From: an uncultured Gammaproteobacteria bacterium
GTDB taxonomy: Bacteria > Patescibacteriota > Patescibacteriia > Magasanikbacterales > GWA2-37-8
Length of the DNA: 64,000 nt
Reading direction: 5' to 3'
Assembly (NCBI GenBank): GCA_964510885.1
Contig: CAZEDL010000007.1
Coordinates: 13,999 to 77,998, forward strand
Below the pieces are notes generated by a model that saw nothing but the letters and a program-made list of their open reading frames with translations, ran no database searches and was not told where the DNA came from. Shown here in pieces: positions 45,284 through 54,163 of the stretch (position 1 is its first letter; each line of letters starts with the position of its first letter). The position numbers and the translations under genes were made by a program.

Positions 45284-47359
45284 ATGACCGAAAAAAACTC
45301 CTCCGCAGATTCCACCTATAGCGCCAAAAACATTACCGTTCTCGAAGGCCTTGAGGCCGTCCGCCGCCGACCCGGCATGTATATCGGCTCCACCGGCAGT
45401 GTTGGCTTGCACCACCTGATTTGGGAAGTCGTCGATAACTCTATCGACGAAGCCATGGCCGGCTACGCCAGCAAAATTTACATCACCCTTCTCCCCGACC
45501 ACACCGTGGAAGTGCGCGACAATGGCCGCGGCATCCCGGTGGATATCCATCCGCAGAAAAAAATCAGCGCCCTCGAAATTGTCATGACCGTACTCCACGC
45601 CGGTGGCAAATTTGGCGACGGCGGCTATAAAATCTCGGGTGGTCTGCATGGCGTCGGCGCCTCGGTGGTAAACGCCCTGTCTAAACATATGAAAGCCGTG
45701 GTGCATCGCGACGGCGAAATTTGGGAACAAGAATATAAAATCGGCGTCCCAGTGAAAAAAGTACGGAGCATCGGCAAATGCAAAGACACAGGCACCACCA
45801 CCACCTTCCGCCCCGACGATACCATTTTTGAAACCGTAAACTTTGAATGGAAAACCATTATCGATCACCTGCGCCAGCACTGCTACCTCACCAAAGGCAT
45901 CCACATGATCATCAGCGATCAGCGCAGCGCCGAAGAAAAAAAAGCAGATTCGACCGCCCTTGATTTCCCCAACCCAACCTACCAATTCTATTTCGAAGGC
46001 GGCGTCGGTTCATACGTCAAATACCTGAATCACAACAAAGAAGCCAAACACGACAATGTTTTTTATATCGAAAAAGAAGCCGAAGGCGTGCATGTCGAAG
46101 TGGCACTCCAATACAACAACGATTTTTCCGAACTGCTCTACGCCTTCACCAATAATATCTACAACCCAGATGGCGGCACCCACGTAGCCGGCTTCCGCAC
46201 CGCCCTCACCCGCAGTCTCAACACCTATGGTCGCAATAAAGGTTTCCTCAAAGAAAAAGATGCCAACCTGAGCGGTGAAGATGCGCGCGAAGGATTGACC
46301 GCAGTTGTCTCAATCAAAATCCGCGAGCCGCAATTCGAAGGTCAGACCAAAGGCAAGCTCGGCAACACCGAAGCCAAAACTGCCGTGGAAACCGTGCTCG
46401 GCGATGCCCTCTTGGTCTACCTCGAAGAACACCCCAAAGACGCCGAAGCCATCATCGGCAAATGTTTGCTCGCTGCCCGCGCTCGCGCCGCTGCCAAAAT
46501 TGCCCGCGATACTATTTTGCGTAAAGGCGCCCTCGAAGGCTTCACCCTCCCTGGAAAACTCGCCGATTGCTCCAGCAAAAATGCCGAAGATTCAGAATTA
46601 TTCATTGTCGAAGGAGACTCGGCCGGTGGCTCTGCCAAACAAGGCCGCGATCGCCACACCCAGGCCATTCTCCCGCTACGCGGTAAAGTATTGAACGTCG
46701 AGCGCGCGCGCCTTGATAAAATTCTTGGCAACAACGAACTCAAATCGCTCATCATCGCCCTCGGCACCAACATCGGTGAACAATTTGATATCACCAAACT
46801 CCGCTATCACCGCATCGTCATCATGACCGATGCCGACGTTGACGGCGCCCATATCCGCACCCTGCTCCTCACTTTCTTCTACCGCTACTTCCCCGACCTC
46901 ATCAACCAAAGCCATGTCTATATTGCGCAGCCCCCACTCTACAGCCTCAAGTATGGCAAAGAAATGAAGTACGCCTACAACGACCAAGAAAAAGCCGAAG
47001 TCCTGTCTGACATCGAAAAAACCAAAGCTGAAAAAACCGCTGCCAAAGTTGAAAAATCTAAAGCCGCTGCCGCGGAGGCCGGTGAAGACATTGCTACCGA
47101 AGCTGGCGACGACACCGAATCACTCGTCATTGGTGGGGTCAAAGTAAATATTCAGCGCTATAAAGGTTTAGGAGAAATGAACCCCGAACAGCTCTGGGAA
47201 ACCACCATGGATCCCACCCGCCGCCTGATGAAACTAGTCACGGTCGAAGACGCCGCGGTTGCCAACGAAACCTTCGAAATCTTGATGGGCGACGAAGTCG
47301 AGCCCCGCAAAAAATTCATCCAGACGCATGCTAAGCAGGTGCAGAATTTAGATATTTAA
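45284..47359 (+). CDS. gyrB: DNA gyrase subunit B
   Basis: LEAVRRRPGMYIGSTG, LHHLIWEVVDNSIDEAMAGY (GHKL ATPase), TOPRIM EGDSAGGSAKQGRDR. 691 aa. Confidence 0.95.
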   Translation: MTEKNSSADSTYSAKNITVLEGLEAVRRRPGMYIGSTGSVGLHHLIWEVVDNSIDEAMAGYASKIYITLLPDHTVEVRDNGRGIPVDIHPQKKISALEIVMTVLHAGGKFGDGGYKISGGLHGVGASVVNALSKHMKAVVHRDGEIWEQEYKIGVPVKKVRSIGKCKDTGTTTTFRPDDTIFETVNFEWKTIIDHLRQHCYLTKGIHMIISDQRSAEEKKADSTALDFPNPTYQFYFEGGVGSYVKYLNHNKEAKHDNVFYIEKEAEGVHVEVALQYNNDFSELLYAFTNNIYNPDGGTHVAGFRTALTRSLNTYGRNKGFLKEKDANLSGEDAREGLTAVVSIKIREPQFEGQTKGKLGNTEAKTAVETVLGDALLVYLEEHPKDAEAIIGKCLLAARARAAAKIARDTILRKGALEGFTLPGKLADCSSKNAEDSELFIVEGDSAGGSAKQGRDRHTQAILPLRGKVLNVERARLDKILGNNELKSLIIALGTNIGEQFDITKLRYHRIVIMTDADVDGAHIRTLLLTFFYRYFPDLINQSHVYIAQPPLYSLKYGKEMKYAYNDQEKAEVLSDIEKTKAEKTAAKVEKSKAAAAEAGEDIATEAGDDTESLVIGGVKVNIQRYKGLGEMNPEQLWETTMDPTRRLMKLVTVEDAAVANETFEILMGDEVEPRKKFIQTHAKQVQNLDI

Positions 47360-47362
47360 GCT

Positions 47363-47788
47363 ATGAGTGAAAATCCAACCCAATATGAACTACAAAAAAA
47401 ACAAGCCCTCACTCAAATCGTCGCCGAAACAGGTCTTAGTGGCGACTACTTTAACGAGTTCGGACAAATTTTGCAGGCTTTTTTATCACTTGATCGCACT
47501 GAAGCACTAGATTGGATTGCCGAGCTGGCCAAGACTAGTCCCCTTAAAAAATATTCAGATCGTTTTTCAAACGAAGTGTATCCCGAATTTTCGATCACCG
47601 AAAAAAATGCCGCTGCTATCGCTCGCCTCGATGACATAATCGACGAAATTAACGCGTTACTAAGGCAACCCAAGCTTGATATTGATCGCTGCCTAACTCT
47701 CTGCGCTGAAGCCGAGCTGCTTGTTTTCGGAAAAAAAGATGGACCAGGCAGGACAACAGAGGTTGCTAACTATCTTAATCAAGCCTAG
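47363..47788 (+). CDS. Hypothetical protein (141 aa)
   Basis: It starts 4 nt after the gyrB stop. No recognised family. Confidence 0.45.
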   Translation: MSENPTQYELQKKQALTQIVAETGLSGDYFNEFGQILQAFLSLDRTEALDWIAELAKTSPLKKYSDRFSNEVYPEFSITEKNAAAIARLDDIIDEINALLRQPKLDIDRCLTLCAEAELLVFGKKDGPGRTTEVANYLNQA

Positions 47789-47868
47789 CCCTTGACTTTT
47801 TACGCCATCTATTATAAGATAACCCCATTACTACAGCCCACGGGCTGTTTTAAAAAACCTAAAATAAT

Positions 47869-48063
47869 ATGTCTTTTGTAGCATCTATCAAAAATTACCT
47901 AGTTGGCTCCTACGCCGAAATGAAAAAAGTCACCTGGCCGACCCGCCAGCAAACCATCAATTACAGCTTGCTCGTAATCGTTTTAAGCGTTGGATTAGCC
48001 GCTTTTTTTGCCGCCCTCGATTACGCGTTTAACTTAGGAATTACTACCTTGATTAATCGTTAA
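47869..48063 (+). CDS. secE: Preprotein translocase subunit SecE
   Basis: EMKKVTWPTRQQTINYSLLVIVLSVGLAAFFAALDYAF. SecE signature (KKVxWPxR plus one TM). Confidence 0.85.
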   Translation: MSFVASIKNYLVGSYAEMKKVTWPTRQQTINYSLLVIVLSVGLAAFFAALDYAFNLGITTLINR

Positions 48064-48083
48064 ATTTAGTAAAAAGCCTAGAA

Positions 48084-48152
48084 GACTCGGAAGGCCAGGA
48101 AGCTTTGGAATATGACCCCTAGCCTCCCCGGCTTCCGAAGCCTCCCAAGCCT
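48084..48152. repeat. Family-2 repeat (GGAAGC/CCAAGC-rich hairpin plus tail) between secE and nusG
   Basis: GACTCGGAAGGCCAGGAAGCTTTGG...CCCCGGCTTCCGAAGCCTCCCAAGCC. Confidence 0.7.
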
Positions 48153-48161
48153 TACAAAACT

Positions 48162-48707
48162 ATGGCCAAACAAACACTCAACCTCGGTCGGCGCTGGTAC
48201 GTGCTCCACACCTATAGTGGGTACGAAGAAAACGTGAAGAGCAACCTCTTGCAACGCGTGGAATCGTTCGACATGCAAGACAAAATCTTCAACGTTTTAG
48301 TGCCAAAAGAAAAGAAAATCAAAATCAAAAGTGGTAAGCGCGTCAGCATCGAAGAAAAAATCTTTCCGGGCTATGTTCTCGTCGAAATGGTGGTTACCGA
48401 TGATTCCTGGTATGTAGTTCGTAACACCCCGAATGTAACTGGCTTTATCGGCTCCGGCACTACTCCGACACCAATCGACCAAAAAGAAATCGACAGCCTG
48501 TTGAAACGCGTAAACACTACCGAAGCCCAACACAAGATTGATGTTGAAACCGGCGACGTGGTCCGCATTGTGGACGGCCCGTTCAAAAACTTCGAAGGCA
48601 AAGTCAGCGCAGTGGATCAGGAACGTGGCCGCATCAAAGTCATGGTATCCATGTTTGGCCGCGAAACCCCGGTGGAGCTCGATGCTCTTCAAGTTAAAAA
48701 AGCTTAA
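48162..48707 (+). CDS. nusG: Transcription termination/antitermination factor NusG
   Basis: RRWYVLHTYSGYEENVKSNL (NGN) ... GDVVRIVDGPFKNFEGKVSAVD (KOW). Confidence 0.9.
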   Translation: MAKQTLNLGRRWYVLHTYSGYEENVKSNLLQRVESFDMQDKIFNVLVPKEKKIKIKSGKRVSIEEKIFPGYVLVEMVVTDDSWYVVRNTPNVTGFIGSGTTPTPIDQKEIDSLLKRVNTTEAQHKIDVETGDVVRIVDGPFKNFEGKVSAVDQERGRIKVMVSMFGRETPVELDALQVKKA

Positions 48708-48718
48708 ATAAACGGCGG

Positions 48719-48788
48719 GGAAGGCTCGGAAGGCCGGGGATGCTTGGAAAAACAACCCAAGCATCCCCGGCTTCCCAAGCCTCCAAGC
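48719..48788. repeat. Family-2 repeat between nusG and rplK
   Basis: GGAAGGCTCGGAAGGCCGGGGATGCTTGG-aaaaacaa-CCCAAGCATCCCCGGCTTCCCAAGCCTCCAAGC. Clear hairpin. Confidence 0.75.
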
Positions 48789-48869
48789 TGAAGCAGTACT
48801 TGCTCTAACTAGAGGCTTCTCAATGTACTCCTCCCAGCTACCATCTAACACCTAACTCCTACAATTACT

Positions 48870-49295
48870 ATGGCTAAAAAAGTATTAGCGCTCATCAAAC
48901 TCCAAATCGTTGGTGGCGCCGCCAATCCAGCGCCTCCAGTTGGTCCGGCGCTTGGTCAGCACGGCGTGAACATCGCCGGTTTCTGTAAAGAATTCAACGA
49001 CAAAACCCAAGATAAAAAAGGTGAGGTCGTGCCAGTCATCATCTCGGTCTACTCTGATCGCAGCTTCAGCTTCATCATGAAGACCCCGCCAGTACCAGAA
49101 CTGATCAAAAAGGCCGCTGGTATCAAAAAGGGCTCTGGCAAACCACTTCAGGAAAAAGTCGGTAAAATCACCAAAGCCCAGGTAAAACAAATCGCTGAAA
49201 AGAAACTCCCAGATCTTAACTGCAGCACCGTCGAATCCGCCATGCGCATGGTCGAAGGCACTGCCAAACAAATGGGAGTAACCATCGAAGGCTAA
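48870..49295 (+). CDS. rplK: 50S ribosomal protein L11
   Basis: [43 protein letters not shown]... Confidence 0.95.
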   Translation: MAKKVLALIKLQIVGGAANPAPPVGPALGQHGVNIAGFCKEFNDKTQDKKGEVVPVIISVYSDRSFSFIMKTPPVPELIKKAAGIKKGSGKPLQEKVGKITKAQVKQIAEKKLPDLNCSTVESAMRMVEGTAKQMGVTIEG

Positions 49296-49311
49296 AAACA
49301 AAAAGTAATTA

Positions 49312-49338
49312 AATCCGGCCTATATACTGGCCGGATTT
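49312..49338. terminator. Bidirectional intrinsic terminator after rplK
   Basis: ATCCGGCC-tatatact-GGCCGGAT then TTTTTATTTT. rplK is followed by no rplA. Confidence 0.7.
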
Positions 49339-49904
49339 TTATTTTCTCTTTGTGTGATCCTCGATAGGACTAAATCAAGCACCTCATCTGGAGCAAGACA
49401 GCTCGTGTCAATACGACTATACCCAGAAAAATTTTGAAAATAATTTTCTGTTTCTTGACGCAAAGTGTCCCAATAAGTGCATTGATCGGCCATCGCGCCA
49501 AGGCGCTCACGCAATCTTTTTAAAATTAACCCTGAATCACACACCAAATGAATGATCTGCACATCATCTGGCAGCGGCACTTTGCGTGCCAGTCTATCTA
49601 TAATGTCCAAAATACGGTCGCGTTCACTAGCACTAATTTTACCCGATAAATACTGTGCCGCAGTAAAGGGAAACTGAAATTGCAAACAACGCTCCAGCAC
49701 CACATCAGTTCGACTCCGATTAAAATCACGCTGTGCGAAATACTCACAAAACCATTCATTAGCGCGCACCTTATCAACTTCTATATCGCGAGGAATTTGT
49801 TTCCACCCTTCTTCGAACACTACTGCATACCCTAATTTTGACAACCTGCCTAATACAGTGGTTTTACCGCTACAGCTATCACCAACCAATACTACAAGTG
49901 GCAT
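49320..49904 (-). CDS. P-loop nucleoside/nucleotide kinase-like protein (possibly the deoxynucleoside kinase family)
   Basis: Walker A VVLVGDSCSGKTTV. ERCLQF resembles the dNK ERS motif. LID-like RLRERLG. Confidence 0.45.
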   Translation of the reverse strand: MPLVVLVGDSCSGKTTVLGRLSKLGYAVVFEEGWKQIPRDIEVDKVRANEWFCEYFAQRDFNRSRTDVVLERCLQFQFPFTAAQYLSGKISASERDRILDIIDRLARKVPLPDDVQIIHLVCDSGLILKRLRERLGAMADQCTYWDTLRQETENYFQNFSGYSRIDTSCLAPDEVLDLVLSRITQRENKNPASI

Positions 49905-49921
49905 ACCAAAACCAGCTAAAA

Positions 49922-51055
49922 TTAAAAAATCAGCATGGCATCGCCAAAACTATAAAATCGATACTGATCTTCCACCGCTTTCTTATAGCATTCAAGCGTA
50001 AACTCCCGATCACCGATAAACGCACTGACCAGCATAATCAAGGTTGATTTCGGCAAATGAAAATTAGTAACGAGCGCATCAATGACGTTAAACTCAAACC
50101 CTGGCGTAATAAAAATATTTATTTCGCCCGTATACGGTCGCACCACTTCGCCATTTTCAATCGGGCAGCTAGCAGCAACCCCCTCAAGCGTGCGCACGGT
50201 AGTAGTGCCAACCGCTACCACTCGCCTACCCTCACGTTTGGCTGCATTTATAAGTTCAGCATTCTTAGCAGTTAGCTCCACCCATTCACTGTGCATCTTA
50301 TGTTCAGACACATCATCACTTTTCACCGGTAAAAATGTTCCGAGGCCAACATGAAGTGTCACCTCAGCAAACTGCACGCCTTTATCTTTTAACCGCTCGA
50401 TGAGCTCCGGTGTAAAATGAAACCCGGCGGTCGGCGCCGCCACCGACCCTTCATGCTTCGCATACACCGTTTGGTACCGCTCACTTACTTCTTCTTTATT
50501 CATTGCTCCGTGCTCCTTTTGAACATAGGGCGGCACCGGCACTTCGCCATACTTATTTGCTTTAGTACGCACCGTCGCATCATCTTCGTTAAATTGCACC
50601 AGAATCGTCCCATCTTTATCCTTGGCAATTACCTCGGCTACAAAATCTTCGGCAAACACTACTTTCATACCCAGGCGAAGTTTACGCCCAGGCTTCGCCA
50701 GTACTTTCCACACCCCAAAATTCTCCATCGGCCGAACCAAAAAAACTTCGACTCGCGGAGCATTTAAAATCACATCGCTAAAGGGTGAATCTGATCGGCC
50801 CGTGGTTTTGGGCAATCCATCACTTACTTCATCAAGGGTCACTACGCCCTGCAGCCGGGCTTTAAATACCTTTGAATTATTCCAGACCACCAAATCTCCA
50901 GCCTGAAGATAATCAACAATATCGTAAAAATGCCGATGATTAAGAGCCTTATGCACCCGATCCACCACCATTAGCCTCGAACTATCACGCGGCTCGAGTG
51001 GCACCTGTGCAATTCGGATGGACGGTAAAAAATAATCAAAATCAGATGTTTTCAT
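49922..51055 (-). CDS. queA: S-adenosylmethionine:tRNA ribosyltransferase-isomerase
   Basis: MKTSDFDYFLPSIRIAQVPLEPRDSSRLMVV. Canonical QueA N-terminus, ~370 aa. Confidence 0.85.
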   Translation of the reverse strand: MKTSDFDYFLPSIRIAQVPLEPRDSSRLMVVDRVHKALNHRHFYDIVDYLQAGDLVVWNNSKVFKARLQGVVTLDEVSDGLPKTTGRSDSPFSDVILNAPRVEVFLVRPMENFGVWKVLAKPGRKLRLGMKVVFAEDFVAEVIAKDKDGTILVQFNEDDATVRTKANKYGEVPVPPYVQKEHGAMNKEEVSERYQTVYAKHEGSVAAPTAGFHFTPELIERLKDKGVQFAEVTLHVGLGTFLPVKSDDVSEHKMHSEWVELTAKNAELINAAKREGRRVVAVGTTTVRTLEGVAASCPIENGEVVRPYTGEINIFITPGFEFNVIDALVTNFHLPKSTLIMLVSAFIGDREFTLECYKKAVEDQYRFYSFGDAMLIF

Positions 51056-51058
51056 AAA

Positions 51059-51092
51059 GGCTAGGGAGGCTTAGGAAGCTAGGCAAGCTTGG
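51059..51092. repeat. Family-2 repeat (inverted orientation), left flank of the four-helix-bundle gene
   Basis: GGCTAGGGAGGCTTAGGAAGCTAGGCAAGCTTGG. Its reverse complement resembles CTTCCGAAGCCTCCCAAGCC. Confidence 0.65.
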
Positions 51093-51444
51093 AATAATTT
51101 AAATTCTTAATCAGACCATTTAACAAATAAGCAACTTCATTAACCCTCTTAAGCATAAAAATAAACTGTTCCAAATTAATATATTCTAACGACTGAGCCA
51201 ATTCAAGATAACACTGACATTCATTGAGAGAGCCTTTTGAAATATAAAGAAACTTAAGAAAATCCTTATCAGTTGGTTTACCTCTGCCTTCAGCAATATT
51301 AGCTAACACGGAAACAGCTGCACGTCGAAATTGACTCGTTAGGCCGAACATTTCCTCTCTCGGAAAATGATTCGTCAATCGATAACTTAATTTAACAAAC
51401 TCAAAACCTTTTTTCCAAACTAGCAAATTATGGTAATCCTGCAT
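51079..51444 (-). CDS. Four-helix-bundle protein (TIGR02436-like, also known as the 23S-IVS-encoded protein family)
   Basis: NLLVWKKGFEFVKLSYRLTNHFPREEMFGLTSQFRRAAVSVLANIAEGRGK...SKGSLNECQCYLELA. Characteristic family pattern. Confidence 0.75.
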   Translation of the reverse strand: MQDYHNLLVWKKGFEFVKLSYRLTNHFPREEMFGLTSQFRRAAVSVLANIAEGRGKPTDKDFLKFLYISKGSLNECQCYLELAQSLEYINLEQFIFMLKRVNEVAYLLNGLIKNLNYSKLA

Positions 51445-51453
51445 ATAAAATTT

Positions 51454-51486
51454 GCAAGCCTCCCGAGCATCCCAAGCCTTCCCAGC
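51454..51486. repeat. Family-2 repeat, right flank of the four-helix-bundle gene
   Basis: GCAAGCCTCCCGAGCATCCCAAGCCTTCCCAGC. Confidence 0.65.
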
Positions 51487-51488
51487 AT

Positions 51489-52367
51489 TTACCTCAAATA
51501 CTTCGCCCGATTCAGATTATGCTCATCAAGCGTCTTGCCATAGTACATCTTGCCATCGGTGCCAGTTAAAAAATACCAATAATTGTTGGTTTCCGGGTGG
51601 AGCGCCGCTTTGATCGCTTCAATGCTCGGATTACAAATCGGCCCCGGTGGCAAGCCCGGATACTTATACGTATTCCAGGGCGAATCGATCGCTCGTTCCT
51701 GATCGGTGGTAAATACATCGCCAGTCCGATCAACGGCATAATGGACACTTGAATCCACCTGCAGCGCCCAGCCTTTTTTATACCGGCGCCACAAAATATC
51801 GGATACAATGGCCCGGTCTTCCGGATGCCTAGTTTCTTTTTCGATGATACTGGCCATAGTCATCACATCAGGCACAGTCACATCGGACATTACTTCTCCA
51901 AGCGGTGCCGTGGCACCGCTGCCATCGTCCGGAAACACACTGGTCATTTCCGTCTCCCGCTCGGCTAATAATTTTTTGATGACATCCACCAGGGTGGCAT
52001 CACGAAATACCCGGTATGTCTCTGGAGCCAGATACCCTTCATAAGAAATCGTGCCGGGTTTACGGCTTATTAACTCGAGCCCCTGAATGGCGTCAGGAAA
52101 CGGTGGCCCGGCGCGCAAGGCGCGCACTACAGCTGGCTTGCCAGTGATAGCAAACACTTCATCGGTAGTGCTGGCAAATCCTTTCACAACTAAATAATCT
52201 GCCACTTGGCGCAAAGTCCAGCCCGGAATAATTGTCAGGGTAACTTCTTCACGGGGCGGAATCACGGCAGGTGGCGGAGCAATTCGGTGAATACGGCGCC
52301 AAACCACAACACTAACTATAACCAAAAAAAATACGGCGACCAGAGAAAATTTACGATTAAAAGTCAT
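51489..52367 (-). CDS. mltG: Endolytic murein transglycosylase MltG (YceG family)
   Basis: N-terminal TM, YceG-like core, conserved C-terminal YYFLTGTDGKMYYGKTLDEHNLNRAKY. Confidence 0.75.
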   Translation of the reverse strand: MTFNRKFSLVAVFFLVIVSVVVWRRIHRIAPPPAVIPPREEVTLTIIPGWTLRQVADYLVVKGFASTTDEVFAITGKPAVVRALRAGPPFPDAIQGLELISRKPGTISYEGYLAPETYRVFRDATLVDVIKKLLAERETEMTSVFPDDGSGATAPLGEVMSDVTVPDVMTMASIIEKETRHPEDRAIVSDILWRRYKKGWALQVDSSVHYAVDRTGDVFTTDQERAIDSPWNTYKYPGLPPGPICNPSIEAIKAALHPETNNYWYFLTGTDGKMYYGKTLDEHNLNRAKYLR

Positions 52368-52401
52368 AGTATTTTTAAAATGCTAATAATTCGTAAACCA
52401 G

Positions 52402-53091
52402 TTAAACCCCATTCCAATGGGCTCTGGCCCACTCCAGCCGCTCCGGAAGCCCAATGTCGATCCACGGGCGATCAGACACATACACATCCAAATTCTTTAA
52501 GTGCGGGAACATCTCATACTCGATACTAAAAGCGGCTGGTTCGGGAAACTGCTCACTTATGGAAGCGTTAAATAAATACAATCCACCGTTTATAATACCC
52601 ATTTCGTGCTGCCCTTCTTTTTCTTTAAATTCCAGCAAATGGTATGCCTCATCATACACCAAGGTTCCATATGAAGCAGCATCGTCAACCTTAGAGCCTA
52701 AAATAATACCATCACAATGAGGACGCAATCGCCCACACATATCTTTGATATCAATGGTGGTTAAAATATCGCCGTTAAATATTAGCGTTGGCTCATCCGG
52801 CCGAGGCAAAAAAGTATACGCGTACTTAATCGCTCCACCAGTGCCGAGCCGTTCGGGCTCCACGGCGTAAATAATTCTAACTCCGTTTACCGTATCACCT
52901 AATTCTTTTTTCAAGACATTAGACAAATGGCCAGCGGCCAACACCACTTCGCCAACGCCAAGCTCTTTAATCTTCTCTAGTTGCCACTCAAACACTGTTT
53001 TCCCTTTTATCGGTAGCAAAACTTTCGGAATATCTTTGGTAATCTCACCGAGCCGAGTTGACAAGCCGCCGCATAAAATCACTGCATTCAT
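52402..53091 (-). CDS. Sugar-phosphate nucleotidyltransferase (NTP_transferase fold)
   Basis: MNAVILCGGLSTRLGEITKDIPKVLLPI (GxGxRL motif) ... GTGGAI. The sugar specificity cannot be called. Confidence 0.7.
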   Translation of the reverse strand: MNAVILCGGLSTRLGEITKDIPKVLLPIKGKTVFEWQLEKIKELGVGEVVLAAGHLSNVLKKELGDTVNGVRIIYAVEPERLGTGGAIKYAYTFLPRPDEPTLIFNGDILTTIDIKDMCGRLRPHCDGIILGSKVDDAASYGTLVYDEAYHLLEFKEKEGQHEMGIINGGLYLFNASISEQFPEPAAFSIEYEMFPHLKNLDVYVSDRPWIDIGLPERLEWARAHWNGV

Positions 53092-53621
53092 AGCACAAAA
53101 AATTTACCGACTTGAGTAACGAGCGCTGCCACCGCGCAGCCGCCGACAATATCAAGTGGGTAGTGTACCCCGGCAAACACCCGTCCAAAGGAAACAACCA
53201 CCGCCAAAATTAATAGCGCAGGCCAAAAAGGCATATAAAAAGCGTGACCAAGAAACACCAGCAGCCAGGCCGTCATAGCGTGATCCGACGGAAATGACTT
53301 CCAACTCATTAACGGTGTGAACAGGAGTCGGCTACGTGGATTTGATACATGCGGCCTCGGTTCACGCACCATAAGACCTATGAATACATTAAGTACCCAG
53401 GCTGCTACCCAGGCAACTACAGAGATTGCCGCTGCCAAAAACAAACGCATCGCATCTTCCACTATGTATGCATACATCCCTAACCCATACACTGCCACCA
53501 TTACTAAAATGGCATATTCTGCGCTAAATCGGCCGACAGTATCAAGAATCGGGCTTTTGCCGACCCATTTATTTACCCAAAAAAATATTTTTTGATTCCA
53601 ATTCATAGTAGATACAGGCAT
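53088..53621 (-). CDS. PAP2-family phosphatase (membrane)
   Basis: KxxxxxxRP (LMVREPRP), PSDH (FPSDHAM), SRxxxxxHxxxD (FGRVFAGVHYPLDI). The ORF is trimmed to Met MPVSTM so it does not run through the tRNA. Confidence 0.7.
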   Translation of the reverse strand: MPVSTMNWNQKIFFWVNKWVGKSPILDTVGRFSAEYAILVMVAVYGLGMYAYIVEDAMRLFLAAAISVVAWVAAWVLNVFIGLMVREPRPHVSNPRSRLLFTPLMSWKSFPSDHAMTAWLLVFLGHAFYMPFWPALLILAVVVSFGRVFAGVHYPLDIVGGCAVAALVTQVGKFFVL

Positions 53622-53740
53622 AAATATGGTAGCAGTTTTGCTACCCTCTGGCAAACCTAAAACCAACCTCCCCTCTTGAAAAAAACCCTTAGCATGGTAC
53701 ACTTCTCCCGACCATCCAGGGGGCTTGCGTATTGTCTTTA

Positions 53741-53816
53741 GGGCCTGTAGCTCAGGGGTTAGAGCGCCACCCTTATAAGGTGGATGTCGATGGTTCAATT
53801 CCATCCAGGCCCACCA
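53741..53816 (+). tRNA. tRNA-Ile with a UAU anticodon, CCA encoded
   Basis: GGGCCTGTAGCTCAGGGGTTAGAGCGCCACCCTTATAAGGTGGATGTCGATGGTTCAATTCCATCCAGGCCCACCA. The body is near-identical to bacterial tRNA-Ile(GAU). Anticodon stem CCACC/GGTGG, loop CTTATAA, positions 34-36 TAT. Confidence 0.8.
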
Positions 53817-53846
53817 ACCAAACTATATATACTAGCTTCTACTATT

Positions 53847-54158
53847 ATGGGGATACCTTCTCTTGGCGGTGGGCTTAGACTTCCAGGCGGCAACCTCGGC
53901 CTCAATCGCCCTGGAGGGCTTGGAGGCAATAAACCAATCAGCAGCATCAGCCAAAATCGAGCCGTCAACAATATTGCCGCACATCCAAAAATTGCCCATG
54001 TCTATCAAAGCGGCGATAAAACCAGTCTATATGGTGCAGGGCAAGCGGCCGGTCATGGCAGCGCGGTCAGCATAACGCAGATGGGGAAAAAGCCGGGCAT
54101 CAGTGCCACCATGCGCGCGGGCAGCGGCAGCAAGCCAATTATACCAATTATAAAATAA
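53847..54158 (+). CDS. Gly-rich low-complexity hypothetical protein (doubtful)
   Basis: MGIPSLGGGLRLPGGNLGLNRPGGLGGNKP... No SD. The longer ORF-track version overlaps the tRNA. Confidence 0.2.
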   Translation: MGIPSLGGGLRLPGGNLGLNRPGGLGGNKPISSISQNRAVNNIAAHPKIAHVYQSGDKTSLYGAGQAAGHGSAVSITQMGKKPGISATMRAGSGSKPIIPIIK

Positions 54159-54163
54159 GTTCC

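Noticed and set aside
45254-45985. 243-aa ORF on the minus strand
   Set aside because: It is fully antisense to the N-terminal GHKL domain of gyrB, whose conservation is unambiguous.
53622-53804. N-terminal 61-aa extension of the PAP2 ORF and the 53784..54158 plus-strand ORF
   Set aside because: Both run through the tRNA-Ile gene (53741-53816). The PAP2 family core begins after the internal Met, so the CDS was trimmed.
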